Shown here: piece by piece, positions 39,009 through 52,815 of the stretch | Layout: each line of letters begins with the position of its first letter | Numbering within the stretch: position 1 is the stretch's first letter | Source of the DNA: Macrostomum lignano | Taxonomy: Eukaryota | Length of the DNA stretch: 64,000 nucleotides | Direction: 5' to 3' | Assembly: GCA_002269645.1 (NCBI GenBank) | Contig: NIVC01000612.1 | Span: 124,001-188,000 of the forward strand | Position numbers and translations under genes: made by a program | Notes under the pieces: generated by a model | Seen by the model: the letters and a program-made list of their open reading frames with translations, nothing else | Database searches by the model: none | What the model was told of the DNA's origin: nothing

Positions 39009-39527
39009 TTGCTGCTGCAGCACCCCCTTTCCCGCCCAAAGGAGAAGGACAAGTTGTAGATCCTGTCTCAGTAATGAACTTCAGGAATACTCTTTTATAT
39101 GTTTCAGTGCGAGAATATATTTCGGTCTACTCCGAGGCTTAGATCTTATATACTATCTATAGTCAGAATAAGTGTATTGCCAAAAGGTATTCGTGCAGAG
39201 ACACGCATATTCATATACCACACTAGTGCTCAACAAGCAACTGTGTCCTTAGCAACGCCCAGGCAGCCACTTTTTGCCGAGACGCTGATGTGAAGACAAC
39301 AGAACTTCTTGTCATGTCAGCATTTTATCTAGCTAGGAGTTCTAGTTTCTGATGCAGACATTGCTGCGGACTTGTCTATGCTGCTTGAGGGCATCCTTGC
39401 GACTCAAGGCCAACCAAAACGCGTCTAGCTGTAAAACGCCACGACCTCGAATTAAAAAAAATTGCTCGGGTGCAAAATTGCAAAATATTTTTTTAGCCTG
39501 CCTGATTTGCCAAGCCCTGCACTCTCA

Positions 39528-40747
39528 ATGGACTCCACGTTAGGCAGCATGACCGTGCAGGCCCTCAAAGATGCCTTACGCGAGAAGGCCTTACCTACAA
39601 GTGGTAATAACGAAGAGCTGATAGGCCGCCTGCTCGCTGCAAGCCAGGCCGAACGAGCTCCCAGCGACGACGACGGTGACGACGACCAGGACGAAGATGA
39701 CGTGCGGCGAAGCGGCGTCGGTGGCGCGTGTGTACAAAGGCATCCGAAAGGCCTGCCCATCGTGCGGGCGCCTCCTGGCAGCCACCAACATGGCACGCCA
39801 CCTACGCAGCTGCGAAGCGAAGTAAGGGTCTCCCGGTGAGCTACGCCGAAAGGCGATAAAAAGCTAGAAGAAGAAGAAGAAGAAGAAGAAGATGACGTGC
39901 GCCGGGCTGCACCAGCGGAGGCCACAGAAGCGCAGATTCGGCAGACTCAGAAGAGGATCGAGCTGCTGAAACTGCAGAAGGCTGAGGCCCAGTTGCGGGA
40001 TGAAGTGCAGTCGATCCGCAGGGGCGCCGCATCGCCCCCGCTGGCCAGGGGAGAGCCGGACATCTACGCCAGCCTGTTCAGGGACCAGGGCCGACAACAG
40101 ACGTTTGATTCGGCCGGAGCCCAGCGGCCCCCATCAGCGCTGCTCATCCCGGACTTTCTGGACGAGAGGCAGCAGTCGGGAGGATGGCTGATGCAGGAAG
40201 GTGGTCGCCTGATTCTGAAAGGCGCAACGCCGAGCCTGTCCGGAGTCAACCTCGGCCAGTGGGTGGCTACCAACGCGCGGATCATGCAGCGACTGCTGGA
40301 GACCGGCCAGCTGGTGGCGCCCGGTACGGGTGGTCAGCCCGACTGCAAGAGGCTGAGCGCCTACCTCAACTTTAACATTCACATCGGCGAGCTGATCGAC
40401 GCTGGCTACGACTGGAAGGTGGTGCTCCAGTACGACCAGGACATGAGGCTGCAGCAGCACTCGCGACAGCGCGACTGGAACAGCCCCGATCTGAACCTCA
40501 TCATCAAGCATATGACGTCGCCCAAAAACCTGCGAGCTGCTGGCCCAGTGGCGGTCGGTCAAGGAGTCCAGGGTCACCGTAGCAGGGGCCAGCTGTCATC
40601 CGCTGGACAGGTCATCTGCGGCCTGTTCAATAGCAACAAAGGCTGTCACAGACACACCTGCAATTTCGTCCACATCTGCCGCATCTGCGATAAGGGAGCC
40701 ACTCAAAGCTGCAACACAGCTGGGTGGCTGCCGAATCAAAAAACTGA
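39528..40747 (+). pseudogene. DIRS gag-like ORF1 with N-terminal SAP domain and C-terminal CCCH-type finger
   Basis: 'MTVQALKDALREKALPTSGNNEELIGRL' (SAP); 'YDWKVVLQYDQDMR'; 'ICGLFNSNKGC..CNFVHICRIC'. In-frame TGA at 39837 and a probable 1-bp deletion near 40696. Confidence 0.75.
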
Positions 40748-42630
40748 GCAAAGAGGCGGGTCGCGGCGGCACCAGTGTTAGCCCTAAGCGGACGGCGTCT
40801 GATAGACAGTCCAATGTTTTAATTCCATGCGAGACAGCTGCTCGCACTGCCACTGGCCCTGCCGCTCGCCCTGCCGCTCGCCCTACCACTCGCCCTGCCA
40901 CTCGCCCTGCTGCTCGCCCTGCCGCTCGTACTGCCGCTCGCACTGCCACTCGCCTTGCCACTCGCCCTGCCACTCGCCCTGCCGCCGGCCCTGCTGCCGG
41001 CCCTGCTGCCGGTCCTGCTGCCGGTCCTGCTGCCGGTCCTGCTGCCGGCCCTGCTATTGGCCCTGCTGCCGGTCCTTCTGCCGGCCCTGCTGCCGGTCCT
41101 GCTGCCAGCGCTGCTGCCGGCCCTGCTGCCGGCCCTGCTGCCGGTCCTGCTGCCGGCCCTGCTGCCGGTCCTGTTGCCGGCCCGGTGGCTGCACTCCGAA
41201 AACGTTGGCCGCTGTCAACTGCTGCTTGGACACCAGTCCTGCACGGAGACTCGGACGCGGAGTTTCTGATCGCGGGAATTCGCGATGGCTTTCGCATCAT
41301 CGACGCGGCTCCGACCAGCGAATCCCAGCGCGAAAATCATGCATCCGCCCGCTGCGAGGCGAATCGGCATGCCGTTGAGCTGCAGATCAGAGAGGAGGTC
41401 GTGACTGGCCGGTACATCCGCGCAACTGACTTGGGCATCGCCAGGCCGACCATCATCAGCCCACTGGGCGCCGTCCCGAAGGCAGACGGCGCCATCCGCC
41501 TGATTCACGACGCGTCCGCGCCACAGGGCAACAGCCTCAACGATCTGTACAAGCCCCACCAGAAGATGAAGTTTGCCAATGTCGAGGATCTCACCAGGCA
41601 GCTGGCACCAGGCTGGTTCCTCAGCAAGGTCGACCTTCGCCACGCCTACCGAAGCGTTCAGGTGCACCCAGACTGCTATCAGCCGACGGGGCTCCGGTGG
41701 ACGTTCGAGCGGGACGGTCAGCCAACCTACCTGGTTGACACGCGACTCCCATTCGGTGCGGCGGCATCAGTCAATATTTTCCACCGCCTAACGCAAGCTG
41801 TCAAGCGCTTCATGTACAGGCAATTCTCACGTCTGTCCAAATTCACCATCATCGCATACCTCGACGATTTCTGCATAGCTGCCCAGGACTACGAGGTCTG
41901 CCTGCAGCCGCACAATTTTCTGCTGGCCACCCTGCAGCGCCTCGGCTTTGAGATCAACTGGGCCAAGACGCAGAGCCCAGCCACTTCGGTCACTTTCCTA
42001 GGTGTGCAGATCGACACATTGACTGGCCTGCTGTCACTGCCCACCGAGAAGATGGACGGCCTTAGAGAACTTCTCCAGGACTGCGCCAACTCGAAGAGTC
42101 TGCAAAAACGTCGCCTTCAGCACCTAGTCGGCAAACTGAACTGGTTCTGCAAAGTGGCCAAACCTGCAAAGGCCCTGCTTCGCGCGCTCCTGGAGATTAC
42201 CATCGCTATTCCCGAGCAGCATCATCGAGTACCGGTGCGCGGCGAGCTACTGGCCCAGTTGCAGTTCTGGCAGCGGTCGAGACGGACGCCTGCGTCAGTG
42301 CCGGTGGCATGATCCTGAGCATCTCTGATGGCCAGCGCGAGTTCCGCCTCGTCGACTTCTGCAGTGACACCGGTGGCATCTTCCTGAGCGAGCACGTCAA
42401 CGCCAAGGAGACGGTACTGCCGCTGCTCGCTATCATTCTGTTCCAGGAGCAGCTGGCCGGCGGCAAGGTGGCCTGTTACATCGACAGCAGCGCGGCGGTC
42501 GGCACCATCAACCGCGGTGCCTCCAGCAACCCGATCGTCATGACCCTGCTCAAAACGGCCACTCTGGCAGCGCTGAGGCACGACTTTCAGTTTCGAGCTC
42601 ACCATATGCCGGGGTCCTGGCAGCTGCTGA
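40738..42630 (+). CDS. DIRS pol: PAAG-repeat linker, RT and truncated RNase H
   Basis: Frame is open from the gag overlap through the (PAAR/PAAG)n 12-bp repeats into '[15 protein letters not shown]', '[10 protein letters not shown]', 'LPFGAAAS', 'AYLDDF'. RH '[24 protein letters not shown]' follows after a frameshift. Confidence 0.8.
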
Positions 42631-43122
42631 GCGACCCGCTGTTGCGCTGCCTGACGCATCCCTGCCACATGCTGCTGTTTCTGCTGCGCTACTTCGGCCG
42701 GGCCAAGGCGCAGCCGGAAGATCTGCGCAGGGCCTGCCTCAATGAGTCAACGACGGCCCGGTTGCTTGAGCAGGCGTCGCTCGCGCTGAGCCCCGGTCTC
42801 TGGCGCGGTTCTCGAGCGGAGCGAGTTGCGACGGCTGAAGCAGATCCCGAGCTCAGGTGCGAGTCTTAGAGCTAGTGCTTTGACCTGGCTTTTTTGGCTT
42901 GGTTTTAATTTCTTCTGCGGCTCGTTGATTTGATTTTACACGCTTGTCTCCGTCCTCCCTCTTTCTGTTGGTGTTGGGGTTCGTTTCCCCTTTCTGGGCC
43001 GCGTTTGCCGGTCTTTTGTGCCACTTGCTTTTCTCTGCGTTAGTTTTTTGGGGTTTAATATGTATATGTTTCAGCGCGAGAATATATTTCGGTCTACTCC
43101 GAGGCATAGATCTTATATACTA

Positions 43123-45360
43123 CGAGGCCAACTCCTCCGTTGGCGGAGTAAGGGGATAGAACTCCCATCGGCTGAAATCCATCAGCTGAATCCAATGACA
43201 CGAATCCCATCGTCCAAATCCTCTCCAAATCCTCTATTAACCCCCCAAAAATCATGTTGTTTTACCTGTTTGCAAAAATTGACTGCCTGCCATTGTCCAG
43301 ATTGAGACTCTCGTCTGTCCCTCTCTCCTCTTTGCTCTCTCATCTCTAATCTCTCCTATCTCCTCTCTGCTCTCATCTGCTCGTTTATCAATCATTTCTC
43401 ATCTCATCTCGTATCTCTCATCTCTACTCTCTTATCTCTCCTTTCTGCACTCTCATATCTACTCTCTTCTTTCTCCTCACTACTTTCTCCTCTACTTTTT
43501 CCTCTCTTCTCTTTTATCTCTTCACTCTCCTCTCCTTTATCTCCTCTCTGATCTCTCATCTTTCTACTTTCTCCCCTCTCCTCTCTCCCTTATCCTCTCG
43601 CTTCTCTCTCCTCTCTCTCCCCTCATCTTAACTCTTTTATCTCTTCTCTCTCGTCTTTTGGCTCTACTCCCTCCTGTCTCCTCTTTCTCCTCTCTTGTCC
43701 CCTCTCCTCTCTCCTCTCAATTCCCTCATCTCTTCTCTCGCCTTTATTCTCTTTTTCTTTTCTCTAATCTGTCCCTTTTGATTCTCTCTTTTTATGTTCT
43801 CTTTCATCTAATATTTTATCCACTCTTTCCTTTTCTCTTTTCTCTATTCCCTTTCATTTAGCCATTTCATCCTCTCTATGAAACAGATATAATCAAAATC
43901 CTCTCCATTAAACTGCAATCCAGCGTGTATCATATCCTTCAAGCTACAATCCATCAATTAAAAGAATATTATCTCTATCAAATTTCAGTCACTCAAGACT
44001 ATGAAACTGAAGTCTATAAAATATGCTTTTTACTTGTCTGGGTATACGTCAAAAAATTTAAAAAATCCTCCATAAAACCTCTGAAATATCATAGCATGTT
44101 TTCCCTGTTTGCAAAAATTGACTGCCATCGTCCAGTCTGAGACTCTCCTGTCTCCTCTCTCCTCTTTGCTCCTTTATCTAATCTCTTCTCTCTGCTCTCA
44201 TCTCCTCTCTCATCTCTACTCTTACTTTCTTATCAATCACCTCCCATCTCCCATCTCTCCTCTCTGCGCTCTTATCTCTTTTTTCTTATCTCTAGTCTCT
44301 CATCTTTCCCCTTCGCTCTCTCATTTTTCCTCTCTCCCCTCCTTTCTTCCCTCTACATTCTCTTCTCTTCGCTCTCCCTCTTCATCATTCCCGCCTCACT
44401 CCCCTCTTCTCTCCCCTCTGTCGTCGACTCGTCTTTAATCTCACAGCTCTCATATCTACTGTCTTTTCTATCATCTTTCTATCCTCTCTTCTCCTTGAAA
44501 TATTTTCTCTCTACTCTCTTATCTGACGGACTGAAAGCGCCGATAATCAAACCAATTGAAATTTATCACCCGCCTCTTCCATTACTGAAATTACTCAAAT
44601 GATAGCTGGCTTGAATTTGTGTACGCAACCTTCCCCCCCCCCCCCCCAACTACAATCTTGGCAGAAAGTTTAAAAGTATGGAAATCGTTTTTTCAATGCT
44701 GTGCTTTTTGTTTTCATATTTAAAACAAATAACTTATATCCCCAAACTCAGCGTTGCAAGATCTTTCCAGCAATACAAATTCTCTCCTCTCAAAGCTTAA
44801 AACTCAAGGAACAGTTAGCGTTTGAACTTCCCGCTCGCAAGTTTATTCATTGAATTTAGCTGCCCAGCTAATACACAGCCTTTTGAAAGACGCCGATAAT
44901 AAAACCAATTGAATCTCGACACAGTCCTTATCGATCTGTTTACACAGTACATTGCTATGTACACTCAGCCCAAACCAACCCCCCTATTCCGGGGAATCAT
45001 TAAATTTTACTGCACCCCCAACACGCAGGGGTTTTATTAGCATTGAACCCAGAACACGCGTCACCCACCCCTCCAAAACACAGCGACCCGCGGGAGGAGG
45101 TTGGGGTGGTTGTTTTTACAATTATGCCACTACCCCTCCACTGGAGAGGCAATGTGGCCAAAGAAGGTTAAGAAAACAGTTTTCTGCTTTTTTAACTGAC
45201 TTAATTTTGGAAATTTCAACATTAAAATAGCCTATTTGTTGCGTAGGAAAATTCTACATTGATATATATAAGTCTCGCATTTGAGTTGGCAGCCGTCTAG
45301 GAGGAGATACGCGTTAAACCCGGCCGGTCGATCGATCGACCCACTCAGCTTTAGATATAA
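43123..45360 (-). mobile_element. Non-autonomous Helitron-like element A
   Basis: Minus-strand 3' hairpin CTCCG-CCAA-CGGAG followed by CTCG; 5' 'TATATCTAAAGCTGAGTGGG..AACGCGTATCTCCTCCTAG' resembles Lep1-type Helitron starts; pyrimidine-rich internal tracts. Confidence 0.65.
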
Positions 45361-46573
45361 CGAGGCCAACTCCTCCGATGGAGGAGAAAGGGGAAGAACT
45401 CCCATCACCGGAATTCCATTCCCTGAAACCCCTTAGCTGAATCCCATGACCCGAATCCCATCATCAAAACATCTTCAAATCCATCAAACTCCTCTCCGCG
45501 AAACAGAAATCCTCTCCGTGAAACTGAAAACCATCGAAATCCTCTCCGTAAAACTGGACTCAATCGAAATTTTCTCCGTCAAAAAGAACTCAACTCTCAG
45601 GGTTCAGTGCCATCAGTGGTCTAGGGTTAGGGTTAGAGCTGCACAGAGCTGCGGGTTGAAGGCGCCGATAAGAATATTGAATTAATTGAATCAATTTATT
45701 GCGCAACCGATTTCTCATTTAGTCAGTATCAGGCTCAGGTAAAGTTAACAAAATGATTGCGCAATCTAAATCAACCCTCCAATACACAGTGGCAGTAAGA
45801 AGTTGAACCCTTCCCATAACTTTATCTATTACGTCTCGCGAAACTAAGTGTAATCTTTGCAGAAAGTTAAAAGTTCGGAAATAGTTTTTGAATGCTGTCC
45901 TTTTTGTTTTCATATTTAAAGCAAACAACTTATACCTCCAAACTCAGTGTTGCAAGCTCTTTCCGGCAATATAAGTTTTTTCTCTTAAAGTTTAGAACTC
46001 GAGGAGCAGTTAGCGTTTACAACTTTCCGATTTAAAGCATTGAAATATCGAGTGTACGCTCACCGCCTGTTAAAGCGACTCGCAAGTTATGCAATGAATT
46101 TAACTGTCCTACAATACACAGGCTTCATATTGAAAGGCAGAACAACTTAACAGTAGCCAAATCATTGCGCAATCATCTATACAGTGCGCCAGTGAGCTAG
46201 GGTCCAATTGTACACACGCAGCCACTTAGAACGCCCCATCCCCCAACTGGAGAGAAATGCACTGGCGAGATAGGAGAAAGTTATGGCGCAAGCAATCAAA
46301 ATTGATGCATTTTATCAGCTCCGAGCAGAAAGAGGGGACAAATAAGATTATCAAAGGTCAAGATTGCAGTTTTCTGCTTTTTTAGGGATCTTAAAATGTG
46401 AAAATAAAAAATTGAAATAGCCCACTGCAGTCCCCGGAAAATTTGCAGTTTACCCATATAAGTTTCAACGCTGACTTGCAAGTATTCTAGGAGGAGTTAT
46501 GCAACACACAAACAAACAGACAAACAAACAAACAATCATCGCACCAACTTTAGTATTAGGAAGGAGAGAAAGA
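45361..46573 (-). mobile_element. Non-autonomous Helitron-like element B
   Basis: 5' TC abutting the CTCG end of element C, (GTTT)n near the 5' end, same 3' hairpin, internal homology to A (44705-44840 vs 45900-46030). Confidence 0.65.
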
Positions 46574-48160
46574 CGAGGCCAACTCCTCCGTTGGCGGAGT
46601 AAGGGGAAGAACTCCCATCGCCAGAATTTCATTTTCTGAAATCCATCAGCTGAATCCAATGACACGAATCCCATCGTCCAAATCCTCTATTAAGCTCCCA
46701 AAAATCATGTTGTTTTACCTGTTTGCAAAAACTGACTGCATGCCATCATCCAGACTGACTCTCGCCTGTCTCCTCTCTCCTCTTTGCTCTCTCATCTCTA
46801 ATCTCTCCTATCTCCTCTCTGCTCTCATCTCCTCGCTTATCTATCATTTCTCATCTCATCTCTCATCTCTCATCTCTACTCTCTTATCTCTCCTCTCTGC
46901 GCTCTCATATTTACTCTCTCCTTTCTCCTCACTACTTTCTCCTCTCTCCTCTTTTATCTCTTCTCTCTTCTCTCTCATCTGCTTTATCTCCTCTCTGCTC
47001 ACTGATCTCTCTACTTTCTCCCCTCTCCTCTCTCCCTTATCCTCTCGCTTCTCTCTCCTCTCTCTCCCCTCATCTCTACTCATTTATCTCTTCTCTCTCG
47101 TCTTTCGGCTCTACTCCCTCTGTCTCCTCTTTCTCCTCTCTTACCCCCTCTCCTCTCTCCTCTGAATTCCCTCATCTCTTCTCTCGCCTTTATTCTCTTT
47201 TTTTCTTTTCTCTAATCTGTCCCTTTTAATTCTCTCTTTTCATGTTCTCTTTCATCTAATCTTTTATCTACTCTTGCCTTTTCTCTTTTCTCTATTCCCT
47301 TTCATTTAACCATTTCATCCTCTCCATGAAACAGATATCATCAAAATCCTCTCCGTTAAACTGCAATCCAGCGTGTATCATCTCCTTCAAGCTACAATCC
47401 ATCAATTTAAAAAATATTATCTCTATCAAATTTCAGTCAATCAAGACTATAAAACTTAAGTCTATAAAAATATGCTTTTAACTTGTCTGGGTATACGTCA
47501 AAAAATCTTCAAAATCTTCCAAAACCTCCATAAAACCTCTAAAATATCATAGCATGTTTTCCCTGTTTACAAAAATTGACTGCCATCGTCCAGACTGAGA
47601 CTCTCTCCTGTCTCCTCTCTCCTCTTTGCTCCTTTATCTAATCTCTTCTTTCTGCTTCCTGCTCTCATCTCCTCTCTCATCTCTACTCTTACTTTCTTAT
47701 CAATCACCTCCCATCTCTCATCTCTCCTCTCTACGCTCTCATCTCTATTTTCTCATCTCTATTCTCTCATCTTTCCCCTTTGCTCTCTCATTTCTTTTTT
47801 CATCTCTCTCTTCTCTCCCTTCTCTTCTCGCTTCTCTCTCTCTCCCCATTCTTTACTCTTATCTCTTCTCTCCTGTCTTCTCTCAATTCTCTCATCTCTT
47901 CTCTTCTCTCTCATCTCTTATCTCTACTCGCTTATCTATCGCCTCTCCTCTACCCTGTCCTCTCTCTCTCTCTTCTCTTTTCTCTATCGTCTCTCCTCTC
48001 TGCTCTCATTTCTCATACTCCTATTTTCTCTCTTACCCTCTCCTTTTTCATCTCTCATCTTTCCCCCTCCTCTCTACCGTCTCGTGTCTCATCTCTCCTC
48101 TGTACTCTCTTATCCCTCCTCTCTCCTCCCATCTTTCCTGGCCTCTGCTCTCTCATTTTT
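46574..48160 (-). mobile_element. 5'-truncated Helitron-like element C
   Basis: Colinear with A 43123-44450, including the hairpin/CTCG end and C/T-rich tracts. Confidence 0.65.
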
Positions 48161-48307
48161 CCGAGCCACGATCTCGAATTTAAAAAAAATTGCTCGGGTA
48201 GCTAATGAAGACTGTGTTCCTGCCTGCAAGATAGGTGACAAGCAGGTCGCTAGCATGGAACTCTATCGCATCGCAAAACTGAGCTGGTAAGGCGATATTA
48301 TTAGGTG

Positions 48308-49470
48308 TGCAAGGAGTGACTGGAGCACGCACAAGTGTGCAGGAATGGCTGGAGCACGCACACGTGTGCAGGAATGGCTGGAGCACGCACAAGTGTGCAG
48401 GAATAGCTGGACCACGCACAAGTGTGCAGGAATAGCTGGAGCACGCACACGTGTGCAGGAATGGCTGGAGCACGCACAAGTGTGCAGGAATAGATGGACC
48501 ACGCACAAGTGTGCAGGAATAGCTGGAGCACGCACAAGTGTGCAGGAATGGCTGGAGCACGCACAAGTGTGCAGGAATAGCTGGAGCACGCACACGTGTG
48601 CAGGAATAGCTGGAGCACGCACAAGTGTGCAGGAATGACTGGAGCACGCATAGGTGTGCAGGAATGACTGGAGCATGCACAAGTGTGCAGGAATGACTGG
48701 AGCATGCACAAGTGTGCAGGAATGACTGGAGCACGCACAAGTGTGCAGGAATGACTGGAGCACGCACAGGTGTGCAGGAATAGCTGGACCACGCACAAGT
48801 GTGCAGGAATAGCTGGAGCACGCACACGTGTGCAGGAATAGCTGGAGCACGCACAAGTGTGCAGGAATAGATGGACCACGCACAAGTGTGCAGGAATAGC
48901 TGGAGCACGCACAAGTGTGCAGGAATGGCTGGAGCACGCACAAGTGTGCAGGAATAGCTGGAGCACGCACACGTGTGCAGGAATAGCTGGAGCACGCACA
49001 AGTGTGTAGGACTGGCTGGAGCATGCACAAGTGTGCAAGGAGTGACTGGAGCACGCACAAGTGTGCAGGAATGACTGGAGCACGCATAGGTGTGCAGGAA
49101 TGACTGGAGCATGCACAAGTGTGCAGGAATGACTGGAGCATGCACAAGTGTGCAGGAATGACTGGAGCATGCACAAGTGTGCAGGAATGACTGGAGCACG
49201 CACAAGTGTGCAGGAATAGCTGGAGCACGCACAAGTGTGCAGGAATAGCTGGAGCACGCACAAGTGTGCAGGAATGACTGGAGCACGCACAGGTGTGCAG
49301 GAATAGCTGGAGCACGCACAAGTGTGCAGGAATAGCTGGAGCACGCACAAGTGTGCAGGAATGGCTGGAGCACGCACAGGTGTGCAGGAATGACTGGAGC
49401 ACGCACAGGTGTGCAGGAATGACTGGAGCACGCACATGTGTGCAGTAATGGCTGGAGCACGCACAGATGA
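48308..49470. repeat. ~29-bp minisatellite (GCTGGAGCACGCACAAGTGTGCAGGAATA)n with internal palindrome
   Basis: About 40 tandem units; explains three overlapping pseudo-ORFs. Confidence 0.95.
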
Positions 49471-50715
49471 GCAGGAGTTTTACTCCTGTACGCGTACGTG
49501 AATGATTCGAATTCACCCGAATAACACCCGAATTCGCTACTCGACGGACAGAATGCGCGATTGCAGCGCATCCACACCGAGGCGGATAGCTGCACAGTCA
49601 CAGAGGAAGTCTGCTTGCGGATCGATCAATGACCCCTAGTTCTTGACCTTCCTGACAGCCCATAACGACACCATTTCTGCGCTAGGCGGCAAGCGTGGAG
49701 GTACCGGAAGTTACGTTGCACTCAACCGAAGAAATGCTGGTAAAGCGCGCAGCTGGTTTTCGCTGCGATGGAAATCCGTAGCGATACTAATGCTGCTGTC
49801 TCAAGACGGTGCATTGCCTACGCTGCAGCGCCCCGGCTACGCGACGCCGGGGCACCGGACACTGCCAACGGGGCGGACTTCGTCCGCTCTCAGGCTCTGC
49901 GGTGCGCCATGTGACGCACCCTGCTCTAACTGTTGTGTCAAGACTAGACGATATGTATGACTCATTTGACGCATCCTCTCGGCTGCTCCAGGTTGATCGA
50001 GTTCGAGCGTTCGTGCTTTCTTGCTTTCGTATCTGTCCGGGTTGCTGCCTAAGGTGCTGACATTGTGATGTGATGCCATGTGATCGCCCTTGTGGATCAT
50101 GCAGGTCTGAAATGCTGCGACTCAAAGCGCCACTGAGCTGCTTGTCGACTTCGCGGCAGCTCCTGGGTGCATCGATTGCGCATAACGCAAGCAAACACAA
50201 ACGGCATGATTCTTAGCCGAAGATGCAAATCTTGTATTTCCAAATATATGTAGAGGGTGAAAGCTAATAAGTACAAATACTGAGACATAAAGGGTTTCAG
50301 GATACGAGATTATTATGAAGCACAATGTATTTAAAAATAACAACTATGCAAAGTTTACGTGGAAATTTAAATACACAACTCATATAACTATAGCCGTGAG
50401 GTAATAAAAAGAGCAAAATGCAGATTTTATGAATTAATTATGGAATAATCAGAAATTCTTCCAGATTAATATGTGTCCCCAAATTTTGCAATTTATACAA
50501 AACGCAGTAGACAGACAGTGCTCACCTCAGCCATGGAGCTGCCCGAGTCCTGCGTGCCGCAGGTCTGCTGCTGCTCAAGGGCCGGCTGATTCACCCGATC
50601 GCTGCCGATGTGCTGACGGAGCTGAGGGACTGTGCTGAGTTTGAGATGCGTCTGAGAATGCAGAAGGGATTCGAAATGACGGTGAGGTAATATTGGAGAG
50701 ACTGACATACATAAG

Positions 50716-51790
<1,075 letters not shown>

Positions 51791-52422
51791 CACTCACCGG
51801 TTATTCTATTTTGTCAGGGTTGAGCAGCAGAAGTGTACTTGCAGTCAAATTGAATGAATTCTGGGCTGCTAATTTTACTTTGACTCACCGATGAGAACGA
51901 GTCGAATATCAGGGTGTGAAAGCCAACTTTATTTACCGTTTCAATTTAAGGAGGGGTGGAGCACTGATAAACGGGCCAGGCAAAAGCAAGACGAGTTGAT
52001 AAGGTGAACAGATAAAGAAGGTTGGTTTCTGAGTACAGGTGAAATGGATAGGGCAAAGAGAGACAGATTTCGTAGAATGGTTTTTGCAAAAGACGGTGGT
52101 TCAGTGCTTAGAAAAACGTGGGCTGCATCACTCATTTTTACAAGAACACTCGGTGCCAATATTCAAAAGCAGAAGAGTGACATGATGAATGAATTCAATT
52201 ACATGACATTGAAATAAGTGAATATTTGGCCTGAGTGGTGAATGAACGTGAGCATAAGTAAATAATATTACACAATAGAACGAACGAGTCCATCTCATTC
52301 CACGACAGTAATGTTTTCCCTATAGCTTTTCGGCTCGAAGATGGTTCAAGTTTGGCTTGGCCGTAAGTACTTAGGATTAGGAACTTTAGGTCAAAGAGCC
52401 ATTAATTTACATATGTTGTCAG

Positions 52423-52815
52423 CACCTGACCGAGACACCTGACCGAGGCACCTGACCCAGGCACCTGACCCAGGCACCTGACCCAGGCACCCGACCGAGG
52501 CACCTGACCCAGGCACCTGACCCAGGCATCTGACCCAGGCACCCGACCGAGGCACCTGACCCAGGCACCTGACCGAGGCACCTGACCCAGGCACCTGACC
52601 CAGGCACCTGACCCAGGCACCCGACCGAGGTACCTGACCCAGGCACCTGACTGAGACACCTGACCCAGGCACCTGACCCAGGCACCTGACCCAGGCACCC
52701 GACCGAGGCACCTGACCCAGGCACCTGACTGAGACACCTGACCCAGGCACCTGACCCAGGCACCTGACTGAGACACCTGACCCAGGCCTCCGACCGAGGC
52801 ACCTGACCCAGGCGC
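52423..52815. repeat. 13-bp minisatellite (GCACCTGACCCAG)n
   Basis: About 30 units. Confidence 0.95.

Larger units (their letters stand above)
39096..43122 (+). mobile_element. DIRS-order (Ngaro/PAT-like) retrotransposon, degenerate and internally deleted
   Basis: 60-bp direct repeats at 39096-39155 and 43063-43122 (2 mismatches), gag-like ORF overlapping an RT (YLDD)/RNase H ORF; no recognisable tyrosine recombinase. Confidence 0.78.

Noticed and set aside
40596-41378. Cys-rich CCRP ORF (+) and GPAA ORF (-) as separate genes
   Set aside because: Alternative frames of the 12-bp repeat in the DIRS pol linker; the frame continuous with RT reads PAAR/PAAG.
48180-49601. Cys/His-rich 400-470 aa ORFs in three frames
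   Set aside because: Product of a stop-free ~29-bp minisatellite; the frames drift with unit length.
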